NCBI RefSeq assembly: GCF_009914755.1
Contig: NC_060925.1
Strand: one strand, 5' to 3'
Length of the DNA stretch: 64,000 nt
From: the human T2T-CHM13v2.0 reference genome, Homo sapiens
Of the stretch, positions 34,025-51,926 are shown one piece after another. How positions within the stretch are numbered: position 1 is the first letter of the stretch; each line of letters opens with the position of its first letter. The position numbers were made by a program, and so were the translations under genes. The notes under the pieces are model-generated. The model did no database searches, was not told the DNA's origin, and was given only the letters and a program-made list of their open reading frames with translations.

Positions 34025-35823
34025 GCTGAAGGAGGCGCCTGGCTGCCCCAAGAGCCCAGCCCGGCCCGGCCGTGCCCGCCGGATTGCAGCCGACACCGCC
34101 AGCCCGGGGCCGCGGGGCTCGGATCGGGGACCCCCGAGCCGCTGGCCCGCGGCCTTCCCCCGGCTCCCGCGCTCCCGAGCTTCCACCACATCGGGCCCGC
34201 TCGGAGCAGGGAGTGCTCCGAGGAGTCAGGGCCCAGGGCCCACGATCCTGGGACGCCCTCCGGTCCTCCGCCCTGTCGCGGAGGCAGCGTTTTGGATCCC
34301 TCGCCGCACAGGGGCTCCTGCGAGGCCCCCTCTTGCCCCACCCACCCAGAGCCGTCAGGGCTGGCCGAAGGCGAACAGCCGGCCCAGCCTCGCGGGGCCT
34401 TTCTCTCACAACGCCCCCACCACGGTCGCTTGTCCCGACCAAGACCCGGCCGGGGGGGCAAGAGGGCGTGGGGTGTAGCGGGTCGGGGGGTGGCCCTGTT
34501 TTGCCCCGGGCTGGCACTAGAGGCGGCGGCCTGATCTCGGGTGAGAGGGCCTGAGAGAAACCCAGACACACCCCACCGCCACCAGGAGCAAATCCACTCC
34601 CCCACACACAGACACACCCGGGCGCGCTCGCACGCGCGCGCGCGGACACACACACACACACCCACACACAGACACACACGCACACACGCACGCGCACACG
34701 CACGCACACACACACGCGGCTTGAAGGAGAGCAAGGACGAGATGGATCGAGAGATAGAGACCGAGGGAGGGAGAGAGACAGCGATCGAGAGAGACAGGGG
34801 AGGGCGAGAGGGAAGGAGACAGACAGAGAGGCTGAGAAAGAGAGAGGCACAGAGAAAGAGAGAGAGAGAGACAGAGAGACAGAGGGAAAACGACAGAAGT
34901 AGCGCGAGGTCCAGGGGGAAACCCAGAAGAGAGAGGCGGAGGGAGCTAGAGAGCGAGAGCGATAGAGCCTTAGAGAGGAAGCGCCCGGCTCCGTTAGGCA
35001 GCGCCCTCTTGAGCAGGCCGGGATAGGGTGGAGGGGGCTTGGGCTGCGCCCAGAACACGGGGGCCAGGCGGTCCGTGCGAGAGGACCAACGGAGCGCTGA
35101 GGCGGGCGTTTTCTTGGATGAATTGCTTGCTTTGGAGGTGGGTTTCGTAGGCTCCTGCCTTTCTTGGCACCTCCCTGTGCTCTGGGTGCCTTGCGGCGGG
35201 CCCCGAGATTTGCAGAGCGCGCCCGCCCGTTTGGCGGGAGCCGTGGCACCGGGCGGGCCCGGAGGCCTGGGTCTCTGGCGAGTCCTCGGGACTGGAGTCG
35301 TCGACACGAAGCGGGGGGCATTGGGAATCCCGGGTGCACAGGGCCTGCTTTCCCGGTGGCTGGCGAAGCAATGTCCTTCCCCCGGGTAAAGCAGCCCATG
35401 CGTTCCGGAGCCGACGTCTTGGCTGGCGTCTGTGGCACCCGCTGCCCCTGCCCGCCCCTTCCCCCGGTTTGGAAGGGTGCGACGACGGCGCCCGATGGGT
35501 GAATTGAATCGCCTGGGCGTTCCGGGAGCGGGAAGGCACCGCGAACGGCAGGGAACCCAGCGGCTGCGCCTTTGGGGCCCGGGCCCCTGCCCTCCCAGGC
35601 TGGAGCCGGGCTCCTGGCGGGGCGGCGGCGAGGCGGAAGCGGTGGGATGCTGCTGCCCGGCCGGCGTGCAGTAGGGGCGGACCCCCAGCAGGAGGACCCC
35701 GGCTGCGGGCTGCGGCGGGGGTGTAGGTGGGCGGTAAAGGGGGAGCAGAGTCAGGGGAGGTTGGGAAGCATGGCGATTGTGGGGGGAAGGGAGGCAGCGG
35801 GGAAGCCACAAAAGCCTACAGCA

Positions 35824-36264
<441 letters not shown>

Positions 36265-38063
36265 GCTGAAGGAGGCGCCTGGCTGCCCCAAGAGCCCAGC
36301 CCGGCCCGGCCGTGCCCGCCGGATTGCAGCCGACACCGCCAGCCCGGGGCCGCGGGGCTCGGATCGGGGACCCCCGAGCCGCTGGCCCGCGGCCTTCCCC
36401 CGGCTCCCGCGCTCCCGAGCTTCCACCACATCGGGCCCGCTCGGAGCAGGGAGTGCTCCGAGGCGTCAGGGCCCAGGGCCCACGATCCTGGGACGCCCTC
36501 CGGTCCTCCGCCCTGTCGCGGAGGCAGCGTTTTGGATCCCTCGCCGCACAGGGGCTCCTGCGAGGCCCCCTCTTGCCCCACCCACCCAGAGCCGTCAGGG
36601 CTGGCCGAAGGCGAACAGCCGGCCCAGCCTCGCGGGGCCTTTCTCTCACAACGCCCCCACCACGGTCGCTTGTCCCGACCAAGACCCGGCCGGGGGGGCA
36701 AGAGGGCGTGGGGTGTAGCGGGTCGGGGGGTGGCCCTGTTTTGCCCCGGGCTGGCACTAGAGGCGGCGGCCTGATCTCGGGTGAGAGGGCCTGAGAGAAA
36801 CCCAGACACACCCCACCGCCACCAGGAGCAAATCCACTCCCCCACACACAGACACACCCGGGCGCGCTCGCACGCGCGCGCGCGGACACACACACACACA
36901 CCCACACACAGACACACACGCACACACGCACGCGCACACGCACGCACACACACACGCGGCTTGAAGGAGAGCAAGGACGAGATGGATCGAGAGATAGAGA
37001 CCGAGGGAGGGAGAGAGACAGCGATCGAGAGAGACAGGGGAGGGCGAGAGGGAAGGAGACAGACAGAGAGGCTGAGAAAGAGAGAGGCACAGAGAAAGAG
37101 AGAGAGAGAGACAGAGAGACAGAGGGAAAACGACAGAAGTAGCGCGAGGTCCAGGGGGAAACCCAGAAGAGAGAGGCGGAGGGAGCTAGAGAGCGAGAGC
37201 GATAGAGCCTTAGAGAGGAAGCGCCCGGCTCCGTTAGGCAGCGCCCTCTTGAGCAGGCCGGGATAGGGTGGAGGGGGCTTGGGCTGCGCCCAGAACACGG
37301 GGGCCAGGCGGTCCGTGCGAGAGGACCAACGGAGCGCTGAGGCGGGCGTTTTCTTGGATGAATTGCTTGCTTTGGAGGTGGGTTTCGTAGGCTCCTGCCT
37401 TTCTTGGCACCTCCCTGTGCTCTGGGTGCCTTGCGGCGGGCCCCGAGATTTGCAGAGCGCGCCCGCCCGTTTGGCGGGAGCCGTGGCACCGGGCGGGCCC
37501 GGAGGCCTGGGTCTCTGGCGAGTCCTCGGGACTGGAGTCGTCGACACGAAGCGGGGGGCATTGGGAATCCCGGGTGCACAGGGCCTGCTTTCCCGGTGGC
37601 TGGCGAAGCAATGTCCTTCCCCCGGGTAAAGCAGCCCATGCGTTCCGGAGCCGACGTCTTGGCTGGCGTCTGTGGCACCCGCTGCCCCTGCCCGCCCCTT
37701 CCCCCGGTTTGGAAGGGTGCGACGACGGCGCCCGATGGGTGAATTGAATCGCCTGGGCGTTCCGGGAGCGGGAAGGCACCGCGAACGGCAGGGAACCCAG
37801 CGGCTGCGCCTTTGGGGCCCGGGCCCCTGCCCTCCCAGGCTGGAGCCGGGCTCCTGGCGGGGCGGCGGCGAGGCGGAAGCGGTGGGATGCTGCTGCCCGG
37901 CCGGCGTGCAGTAGGGGCGGACCCCCAGCAGGAGGACCCCGGCTGCGGGCTGCGGCGGGGGTGTAGGTGGGCGGTAAAGGGGGAGCAGAGTCAGGGGAGG
38001 TTGGGAAGCATGGCGATTGTGGGGGGAAGGGAGGCAGCGGGGAAGCCACAAAAGCCTACAGCA

Positions 38064-38504
<441 letters not shown>

Positions 38505-40303
38505 GCTGAAGGAGGCGCCTGGCTGCCCCAAGAGCCCAGCCCGGCCCGGCCGTGCCCGCCGGATTGCAGCCGACACCGCCAGCCCGGGGCCGCGGGGCTC
38601 GGATCGGGGACCCCCGAGCCGCTGGCCCGCGGCCTTCCCCCGGCTCCCGCGCTCCCGAGCTTCCACCACATCGGGCCCGCTCGGAGCAGGGAGTGCTCCG
38701 AGGAGTCAGGGCCCAGGGCCCACGATCCTGGGACGCCCTCCGGTCCTCCGCCCTGTCGCGGAGGCAGCGTTTTGGATCCCTCGCCGCACAGGGGCTCCTG
38801 CGAGGCCCCCTCTTGCCCCACCCACCCAGAGCCGTCAGGGCTGGCCGAAGGCGAACAGCCGGCCCAGCCTCGCGGGGCCTTTCTCTCACAACGCCCCCAC
38901 CACGGTCGCTTGTCCCGACCAAGACCCGGCCGGGGGGGCAAGAGGGCGTGGGGTGTAGCGGGTCGGGGGGTGGCCCTGTTTTGCCCCGGGCTGGCACTAG
39001 AGGCGGCGGCCTGATCTCGGGTGAGAGGGCCTGAGAGAAACCCAGACACACCCCACCGCCACCAGGAGCAAATCCACTCCCCCACACACAGACACACCCG
39101 GGCGCGCTCGCACGCGCGCGCGCGGACACACACACACACACCCACACACAGACACACACGCACACACGCACGCGCACACGCACGCACACACACACGCGGC
39201 TTGAAGGAGAGCAAGGACGAGATGGATCGAGAGATAGAGACCGAGGGAGGGAGAGAGACAGCGATCGAGAGAGACAGGGGAGGGCGAGAGGGAAGGAGAC
39301 AGACAGAGAGGCTGAGAAAGAGAGAGGCACAGAGAAAGAGAGAGAGAGAGACAGAGAGACAGAGGGAAAACGACAGAAGTAGCGCGAGGTCCAGGGGGAA
39401 ACCCAGAAGAGAGAGGCGGAGGGAGCTAGAGAGCGAGAGCGATAGAGCCTTAGAGAGGAAGCGCCCGGCTCCGTTAGGCAGCGCCCTCTTGAGCAGGCCG
39501 GGATAGGGTGGAGGGGGCTTGGGCTGCGCCCAGAACACGGGGGCCAGGCGGTCCGTGCGAGAGGACCAACGGAGCGCTGAGGCGGGCGTTTTCTTGGATG
39601 AATTGCTTGCTTTGGAGGTGGGTTTCGTAGGCTCCTGCCTTTCTTGGCACCTCCCTGTGCTCTGGGTGCCTTGCGGCGGGCCCCGAGATTTGCAGAGCGC
39701 GCCCGCCCGTTTGGCGGGAGCCGTGGCACCGGGCGGGCCCGGAGGCCTGGGTCTCTGGCGAGTCCTCGGGACTGGAGTCGTCGACACGAAGCGGGGGGCA
39801 TTGGGAATCCCGGGTGCACAGGGCCTGCTTTCCCGGTGGCTGGCGAAGCAATGTCCTTCCCCCGGGTAAAGCAGCCCATGCGTTCCGGAGCCGACGTCTT
39901 GGCTGGCGTCTGTGGCACCCGCTGCCCCTGCCCGCCCCTTCCCCCGGTTTGGAAGGGTGCGACGACGGCGCCCGATGGGTGAATTGAATCGCCTGGGCGT
40001 TCCGGGAGCGGGAAGGCACCGCGAACGGCAGGGAACCCAGCGGCTGCGCCTTTGGGGCCCGGGCCCCTGCCCTCCCAGGCTGGAGCCGGGCTCCTGGCGG
40101 GGCGGCGGCGAGGCGGAAGCGGTGGGATGCTGCTGCCCGGCCGGCGTGCAGTAGGGGCGGACCCCCAGCAGGAGGACCCCGGCTGCGGGCTGCGGCGGGG
40201 GTGTAGGTGGGCGGTAAAGGGGGAGCAGAGTCAGGGGAGGTTGGGAAGCATGGCGATTGTGGGGGGAAGGGAGGCAGCGGGGAAGCCACAAAAGCCTACA
40301 GCA

Positions 40304-40744
<441 letters not shown>

Positions 40745-42543
40745 GCTGAAGGAGGCGCCTGGCTGCCCCAAGAGCCCAGCCCGGCCCGGCCGTGCCCGCC
40801 GGATTGCAGCCGACACCGCCAGCCCGGGGCCGCGGGGCTCGGATCGGGGACCCCCGAGCCGCTGGCCCGCGGCCTTCCCCCGGCTCCCGCGCTCCCGAGC
40901 TTCCACCACATCGGGCCCGCTCGGAGCAGGGAGTGCTCCGAGGCGTCAGGGCCCAGGGCCCACGATCCTGGGACGCCCTCCGGTCCTCCGCCCTGTCGCG
41001 GAGGCAGCGTTTTGGATCCCTCGCCGCACAGGGGCTCCTGCGAGGCCCCCTCTTGCCCCACCCACCCAGAGCCGTCAGGGCTGGCCGAAGGCGAACAGCC
41101 GGCCCAGCCTCGCGGGGCCTTTCTCTCACAACGCCCCCACCACGGTCGCTTGTCCCGACCAAGACCCGGCCGGGGGGGCAAGAGGGCGTGGGGTGTAGCG
41201 GGTCGGGGGGTGGCCCTGTTTTGCCCCGGGCTGGCACTAGAGGCGGCGGCCTGATCTCGGGTGAGAGGGCCTGAGAGAAACCCAGACACACCCCACCGCC
41301 ACCAGGAGCAAATCCACTCCCCCACACACAGACACACCCGGGCGCGCTCGCACGCGCGCGCGCGGACACACACACACACACCCACACACAGACACACACG
41401 CACACACGCACGCGCACACGCACGCACACACACACGCGGCTTGAAGGAGAGCAAGGACGAGATGGATCGAGAGATAGAGACCGAGGGAGGGAGAGAGACA
41501 GCGATCGAGAGAGACAGGGGAGGGCGAGAGGGAAGGAGACAGACAGAGAGGCTGAGAAAGAGAGAGGCACAGAGAAAGAGAGAGAGAGAGACAGAGAGAC
41601 AGAGGGAAAACGACAGAAGTAGCGCGAGGTCCAGGGGGAAACCCAGAAGAGAGAGGCGGAGGGAGCTAGAGAGCGAGAGCGATAGAGCCTTAGAGAGGAA
41701 GCGCCCGGCTCCGTTAGGCAGCGCCCTCTTGAGCAGGCCGGGATAGGGTGGAGGGGGCTTGGGCTGCGCCCAGAACACGGGGGCCAGGCGGTCCGTGCGA
41801 GAGGACCAACGGAGCGCTGAGGCGGGCGTTTTCTTGGATGAATTGCTTGCTTTGGAGGTGGGTTTCGTAGGCTCCTGCCTTTCTTGGCACCTCCCTGTGC
41901 TCTGGGTGCCTTGCGGCGGGCCCCGAGATTTGCAGAGCGCGCCCGCCCGTTTGGCGGGAGCCGTGGCACCGGGCGGGCCCGGAGGCCTGGGTCTCTGGCG
42001 AGTCCTCGGGACTGGAGTCGTCGACACGAAGCGGGGGGCATTGGGAATCCCGGGTGCACAGGGCCTGCTTTCCCGGTGGCTGGCGAAGCAATGTCCTTCC
42101 CCCGGGTAAAGCAGCCCATGCGTTCCGGAGCCGACGTCTTGGCTGGCGTCTGTGGCACCCGCTGCCCCTGCCCGCCCCTTCCCCCGGTTTGGAAGGGTGC
42201 GACGACGGCGCCCGATGGGTGAATTGAATCGCCTGGGCGTTCCGGGAGCGGGAAGGCACCGCGAACGGCAGGGAACCCAGCGGCTGCGCCTTTGGGGCCC
42301 GGGCCCCTGCCCTCCCAGGCTGGAGCCGGGCTCCTGGCGGGGCGGCGGCGAGGCGGAAGCGGTGGGATGCTGCTGCCCGGCCGGCGTGCAGTAGGGGCGG
42401 ACCCCCAGCAGGAGGACCCCGGCTGCGGGCTGCGGCGGGGGTGTAGGTGGGCGGTAAAGGGGGAGCAGAGTCAGGGGAGGTTGGGAAGCATGGCGATTGT
42501 GGGGGGAAGGGAGGCAGCGGGGAAGCCACAAAAGCCTACAGCA

Positions 42544-42984
<441 letters not shown>

Positions 42985-44783
42985 GCTGAAGGAGGCGCCT
43001 GGCTGCCCCAAGAGCCCAGCCCGGCCCGGCCGTGCCCGCCGGATTGCAGCCGACACCGCCAGCCCGGGGCCGCGGGGCTCGGATCGGGGACCCCCGAGCC
43101 GCTGGCCCGCGGCCTTCCCCCGGCTCCCGCGCTCCCGAGCTTCCACCACATCGGGCCCGCTCGGAGCAGGGAGTGCTCCGAGGCGTCAGGGCCCAGGGCC
43201 CACGATCCTGGGACGCCCTCCGGTCCTCCGCCCTGTCGCGGAGGCAGCGTTTTGGATCCCTCGCCGCACAGGGGCTCCTGCGAGGCCCCCTCTTGCCCCA
43301 CCCACCCAGAGCCGTCAGGGCTGGCCGAAGGCGAACAGCCGGCCCAGCCGCGCGGGGCCTTTCTCTCACAACGCCCCCACCACGGTCGCTTGTCCCGACC
43401 AAGACCCGGCCGGGGGGGCAAGAGGGCGTGGGGTGTAGCGGGTCGGGGGGTGGCCCTGTTTTGCCCCGGGCTGGCACTAGAGGCGGCGGCCTGATCTCGG
43501 GTGAGAGGGCCTGAGAGAAACCCAGACACACCCCACCGCCACCAGGAGCAAATCCACTCCCCCACACACAGACACACCCGGGCGCGCTCGCACGCGCGCG
43601 CGCGGACACACACACACACACCCACACACAGACACACACGCACACACGCACGCGCACACGCACGCACACACACACGCGGCTTGAAGGAGAGCAAGGACGA
43701 GATGGATCGAGAGATAGAGACCGAGGGAGGGAGAGAGACAGCGATCGAGAGAGACAGGGGAGGGCGAGAGGGAAGGAGACAGACAGAGAGGCTGAGAAAG
43801 AGAGAGGCACAGAGAAAGAGAGAGAGAGAGACAGAGAGACAGAGGGAAAACGAGAGAAGTAGCGCGAGGTCCAGGGGGAAACCCAGAAGAGAGAGGCGGA
43901 GGGAGCTAGAGAGCGAGAGCGATAGAGCCTTAGAGAGGAAGCGCCCGGCTCCGTTAGGCAGCGCCCTCTTGAGCAGGCCGGGATAGGGTGGAGGGGGCTT
44001 GGGCTGCGCCCAGAACACGGGGGCCAGGCGGTCCGTGCGAGAGGACCAACGGAGCGCTGAGGCGGGCGTTTTCTTGGATGAATTGCTTGCTTTGGAGGTG
44101 GGTTTCGTAGGCTCCTGCCTTTCTTGGCACCTCCCTGTGCTCTGGGTGCCTTGCGGCGGGCCCCGAGATTTGCAGAGCGCGCCCGCCCGTTTGGCGGGAG
44201 CCGTGGCACCGGGCGGGCCCGGAGGCCTGGGTCTCTGGCGAGTCCTCGGGACTGGAGTCGTCGACACGAAGCGGGGGGCATTGGGAATCCCGGGTGCACA
44301 GGGCCTGCTTTCCCGGTGGCTGGCGAAGCAATGTCCTTCCCCCGGGTAAAGCAGCCCATGCGTTCCGGAGCCGACGTCTTGGCTGGCGTCTGTGGCACCC
44401 GCTGCCCCTGCCCGCCCCTTCCCCCGGTTTGGAAGGGTGCGACGACGGCGCCCGATGGGTGAATTGAATCGCCTGGGCGTTCCGGGAGCGGGAAGGCACC
44501 GCGAACGGCAGGGAACCCAGCGGCTGCGCCTTTGGGGCCCGGGCCCCTGCCCTCCCAGGCTGGAGCCGGGCTCCTGGCGGGGCGGCGGCGAGGCGGAAGC
44601 GGTGGGATGCTGCTGCCCGGCCGGCGTGCAGTAGGGGCGGACCCCCAGCAGGAGGACCCCGGCTGCGGGCTGCGGCGGGGGTGTAGGTGGGCGGTAAAGG
44701 GGGAGCAGAGTCAGGGGAGGTTGGGAAGCATGGCGATTGTGGGGGGAAGGGAGGCAGCGGGGAAGCCACAAAAGCCTACAGCA

Positions 44784-45224
<441 letters not shown>

Positions 45225-47023
45225 GCTGAAGGAGGCGCCTGGCTGCCCCAAGAGCCCAGCCCGGCCCGGCCGTGCCCGCCGGATTGCAGCCGACACCGCC
45301 AGCCCGGGGCCGCGGGGCTCGGATCGGGGACCCCCGAGCCGCTGGCCCGCGGCCTTCCCCCGGCTCCCGCGCTCCCGAGCTTCCACCACATCGGGCCCGC
45401 TCGGAGCAGGGAGTGCTCCGAGGCGTCAGGGCCCAGGGCCCACGATCCTGGGACGCCCTCCGGTCCTCCGCCCTGTCGCGGAGGCAGCGTTTTGGATCCC
45501 TCGCCGCACAGGGGCTCCTGCGAGGCCCCCTCTTGCCCCACCCACCCAGAGCCGTCAGGGCTGGCCGAAGGCGAACAGCCGGCCCAGCCTCGCGGGGCCT
45601 TTCTCTCACAACGCCCCCACCACGGTCGCTTGTCCCGACCAAGACCCGGCCGGGGGGGCAAGAGGGCGTGGGGTGTAGCGGGTCGGGGGGTGGCCCTGTT
45701 TTGCCCCGGGCTGGCACTAGAGGCGGCGGCCTGATCTCGGGTGAGAGGGCCTGAGAGAAACCCAGACACACCCCACCGCCACCAGGAGCAAATCCACTCC
45801 CCCACACACAGACACACCCGGGCGCGCTCGCACGCGCGCGCGCGGACACACACACACACACACACACACAGACACACACGCACACACGCACGCGCACACG
45901 CACGCACACACACACGCGGCTTGAAGGAGAGCAAGGACGAGATGGATCGAGAGATAGAGACCGAGGGAGGGAGAGAGACAGCGATCGAGAGAGACAGGGG
46001 AGGGCGAGAGGGAAGGAGACAGACAGAGAGGCTGAGAAAGAGAGAGGCACAGAGAAAGAGAGAGAGAGAGACAGAGAGACAGAGGGAAAACGACAGAAGT
46101 AGCGCGAGGTCCAGGGGGAAACCCAGAAGAGAGAGGCGGAGGGAGCTAGAGAGCGAGAGCGATAGAGCCTTAGAGAGGAAGCGCCCGGCTCCGTTAGGCA
46201 GCGCCCTCTTGAGCAGGCCGGGATAGGGTGGAGGGGGCTTGGGCTGCGCCCAGAACACGGGGGCCAGGCGGTCCGTGCGAGAGGACCAACGGAGCGCTGA
46301 GGCGGGCGTTTTCTTGGATGAATTGCTTGCTTTGGAGGTGGGTTTCGTAGGCTCCTGCCTTTCTTGGCACCTCCCTGTGCTCTGGGTGCCTTGCGGCGGG
46401 CCCCGAGATTTGCAGAGCGCGCCCGCCCGTTTGGCGGGAGCCGTGGCACCGGGCGGGCCCGGAGGCCTGGGTCTCTGGCGAGTCCTCGGGACTGGAGTCG
46501 TCGACACGAAGCGGGGGGCATTGGGAATCCCGGGTGCACAGGGCCTGCTTTCCCGGTGGCTGGCGAAGCAATGTCCTTCCCCCGGGTAAAGCAGCCCATG
46601 CGTTCCGGAGCCGACGTCTTGGCTGGCGTCTGTGGCACCCGCTGCCCCTGCCCGCCCCTTCCCCCGGTTTGGAAGGGTGCGACGACGGCGCCCGATGGGT
46701 GAATTGAATCGCCTGGGCGTTCCGGGAGCGGGAAGGCACCGCGAACGGCAGGGAACCCAGCGGCTGCGCCTTTGGGGCCCGGGCCCCTGCCCTCCCAGGC
46801 TGGAGCCGGGCTCCTGGCGGGGCGGCGGCGAGGCGGAAGCGGTGGGATGCTGCTGCCCAGCCGGCGTGCAGTAGGGGCGGACCCCCAGCAGGAGGACCCC
46901 GGCTGCGGGCTGCGGCGGGGGTGTAGGTGGGCGGTAAAGGGGGAGCAGAGTCAGGGGAGGTTGGGAAGCATGGCGACTGTGGGGGGAAGGGAGGCAGCGG
47001 GGAAGCCACAAAAGCCTACAGCA

Positions 47024-47464
<441 letters not shown>

Positions 47465-49263
47465 GCTGAAGGAGGCGCCTGGCTGCCCCAAGAGCCCAGC
47501 CCGGCCCGGCCGTGCCCGCCGGATTGCAGCCGACACCGCCAGCCCGGGGCCGCGGGGCTCGGATCGGGGACCCCCGAGCCGCTGGCCCGCGGCCTTCCCC
47601 CGGCTCCCGCGCTCCCGAGCTTCCACCACATCGGGCCCGCTCGGAGCAGGGAGTGCTCCGAGGCGTCAGGGCCCAGGGCCCACGATCCTGGGACGCCCTC
47701 CGGTCCTCCGCCCTGTCGCGGAGGCAGCGTTTTGGATCCCTCGCCGCACAGGGGCTCCTGCGAGGCCCCCTCTTGCCCCACCCACCCAGAGCCGTCAGGG
47801 CTGGCCGAAGGCGAACAGCCGGCCCAGCCTCGCGGGGCCTTTCTCTCACAACGCCCCCACCACGGTCGCTTGTCCCGACCAAGACCCGGCCGGGGGGGCA
47901 AGAGGGCGTGGGGTGTAGCGGGTCGGGGGGTGGCCCTGTTTTGCCCCGGGCTGGCACTAGAGGCGGCGGCCTGATCTCGGGTGAGAGGGCCTGAGAGAAA
48001 CCCAGACACACCCCACCGCCACCAGGAGCAAATCCACTCCCCCACACACAGACACACCCGGGCGCGCTCGCACGCGCGCGCGCGGACACACACACACACA
48101 CACACACACAGACACACACGCACACACGCACGCGCACACGCACGCACACACACACGCGGCTTGAAGGAGAGCAAGGACGAGATGGATCGAGAGATAGAGA
48201 CCGAGGGAGGGAGAGAGACAGCGATCGAGAGAGACAGGGGAGGGCGAGAGGGAAGGAGACAGACAGAGAGGCTGAGAAAGAGAGAGGCACAGAGAAAGAG
48301 AGAGAGAGAGACAGAGAGACAGAGGGAAAACGACAGAAGTAGCGCGAGGTCCAGGGGGAAACCCAGAAGAGAGAGGCGGAGGGAGCTAGAGAGCGAGAGC
48401 GATAGAGCCTTAGAGAGGAAGCGCCCGGCTCCGTTAGGCAGCGCCCTCTTGAGCAGGCCGGGATAGGGTGGAGGGGGCTTGGGCTGCGCCCAGAACACGG
48501 GGGCCAGGCGGTCCGTGCGAGAGGACCAACGGAGCGCTGAGGCGGGCGTTTTCTTGGATGAATTGCTTGCTTTGGAGGTGGGTTTCGTAGGCTCCTGCCT
48601 TTCTTGGCACCTCCCTGTGCTCTGGGTGCCTTGCGGCGGGCCCCGAGATTTGCAGAGCGCGCCCGCCCGTTTGGCGGGAGCCGTGGCACCGGGCGGGCCC
48701 GGAGGCCTGGGTCTCTGGCGAGTCCTCGGGACTGGAGTCGTCGACACGAAGCGGGGGGCATTGGGAATCCCGGGTGCACAGGGCCTGCTTTCCCGGTGGC
48801 TGGCGAAGCAATGTCCTTCCCCCGGGTAAAGCAGCCCATGCGTTCCGGAGCCGACGTCTTGGCTGGCGTCTGTGGCACCCGCTGCCCCTGCCCGCCCCTT
48901 CCCCCGGTTTGGAAGGGTGCGACGACGGCGCCCGATGGGTGAATTGAATCGCCTGGGCGTTCCGGGAGCGGGAAGGCACCGCGAACGGCAGGGAACCCAG
49001 CGGCTGCGCCTTTGGGGCCCGGGCCCCTGCCCTCCCAGGCTGGAGCCGGGCTCCTGGCGGGGCGGCGGCGAGGCGGAAGCGGTGGGATGCTGCTGCCCAG
49101 CCGGCGTGCAGTAGGGGCGGACCCCCAGCAGGAGGACCCCGGCTGCGGGCTGCGGCGGGGGTGTAGGTGGGCGGTAAAGGGGGAGCAGAGTCAGGGGAGG
49201 TTGGGAAGCATGGCGACTGTGGGGGGAAGGGAGGCAGCGGGGAAGCCACAAAAGCCTACAGCA

Positions 49264-49694
<431 letters not shown>

Positions 49695-51485
49695 GCTGAA
49701 GGAGGCGCCTGGCTGCCCCAAGAGCCCAGCCCGGCCCGGCCGTGCCCGCCGGATTGCAGCCGACACCGCCAGCCCGGGGCCGCGGGGCTCGGATCGGGGA
49801 CCCCCGAGCCGCTGGCCCGCGGCCTTCCCCCGGCTCCCGCGCTCCCGAGCTTCCACCACATCGGGCCCGCTCGGAGCAGGGAGTGCTCCGAGGCGTCAGG
49901 GCCCAGGGCCCACGATCCTGGGACGCCCTCCGGTCCTCCGCCCTGTCGCGGAGGCAGCGTTTTGGATCCCTCGCCGCACAGGGGCTCCTGCGAGGCCCCC
50001 TCTTGCCCCACCCACCCAGAGCCGTCAGGGCTGGCCGAAGGCGAACAGCCGGCCCAGCCTCGCGGGGCCTTTCTCTCACAACGCCCCCACCACGGTCGCT
50101 TGTCCCGACCAAGACCCGGCCGGGGGGGCAAGAGGGCGTGGGGTGTAGCGGGTCGGGGGGTGGCCCTGTTTTGCCCCGGGCTGGCACTAGAGGCGGCGGC
50201 CTGATCTCGGGTGAGAGGGCCTGAGAGAAACCCAGACACACCCCACCGCCACCAGGAGCAAATCCACTCCCCCACACACAGACACACCCGGGCGCGCTCG
50301 CACGCGCGCGCGCGGACACACACACACACACAGACACACACGCACACACGCACGCGCACACGCACGCACACACACACGCGGCTTGAAGGAGAGCAAGGAC
50401 GAGATGGATCGAGAGATAGAGACCGAGGGAGGGAGAGAGACAGCGATCGAGAGAGACAGGGGAGGGCGAGAGGGAAGGAGACAGACAGAGAGGCTGAGAA
50501 AGAGAGAGGCACAGAGAAAGAGAGAGAGAGAGACAGAGAGACAGAGGGAAAACGACAGAAGTAGCGCGAGGTCCAGGGGGAAACCCAGAAGAGAGAGGCG
50601 GAGGGAGCTAGAGAGCGAGAGCGATAGAGCCTTAGAGAGGAAGCGCCCGGCTCCGTTAGGCAGCGCCCTCTTGAGCAGGCCGGGATAGGGTGGAGGGGGC
50701 TTGGGCTGCGCCCAGAACACGGGGGCCAGGCGGTCCGTGCGAGAGGACCAACGGAGCGCTGAGGCGGGCGTTTTCTTGGATGAATTGCTTGCTTTGGAGG
50801 TGGGTTTCGTAGGCTCCTGCCTTTCTTGGCACCTCCCTGTGCTCTGGGTGCCTTGCGGCGGGCCCCGAGATTTGCAGAGCGCGCCCGCCCGTTTGGCGGG
50901 AGCCGTGGCACCGGGCGGGCCCGGAGGCCTGGGTCTCTGGCGAGTCCTCGGGACTGGAGTCGTCGACACGAAGCGGGGGGCATTGGGAATCCCGGGTGCA
51001 CAGGGCCTGCTTTCCCGGTGGCTGGCGAAGCAATGTCCTTCCCCCGGGTAAAGCAGCCCATGCGTTCCGGAGCCGACGTCTTGGCTGGCGTCTGTGGCAC
51101 CCGCTGCCCCTGCCCGCCCCTTCCCCCGGTTTGGAAGGGTGCGACGACGGCGCCCGATGGGTGAATTGAATCGCCTGGGCGTTCCGGGAGCGGGAAGGCA
51201 CCGCGAACGGCAGGGAACCCAGCGGCTGCGCCTTTGGGGCCCGGGCCCCTGCCCTCCCAGGCTGGAGCCGGGCTCCTGGCGGGGCGGCGGCGAGGCGGAA
51301 GCGGTGGGATGCTGCTGCCCGGCCGGCGTGCAGTAGGGGCGGACCCCCAGCAGGAGGACCCCGGCTGCGGGCTGCGGCGGGGGTGTAGGTGGGCGGTAAA
51401 GGGGGAGCAGAGTCAGGGGAGGTTGGGAAGCATGGCGACTGTGGGGGGAAGGGAGGCAGCGGGGAAGCCACAAAAGCCTACAGCA

Positions 51486-51926
<441 letters not shown>
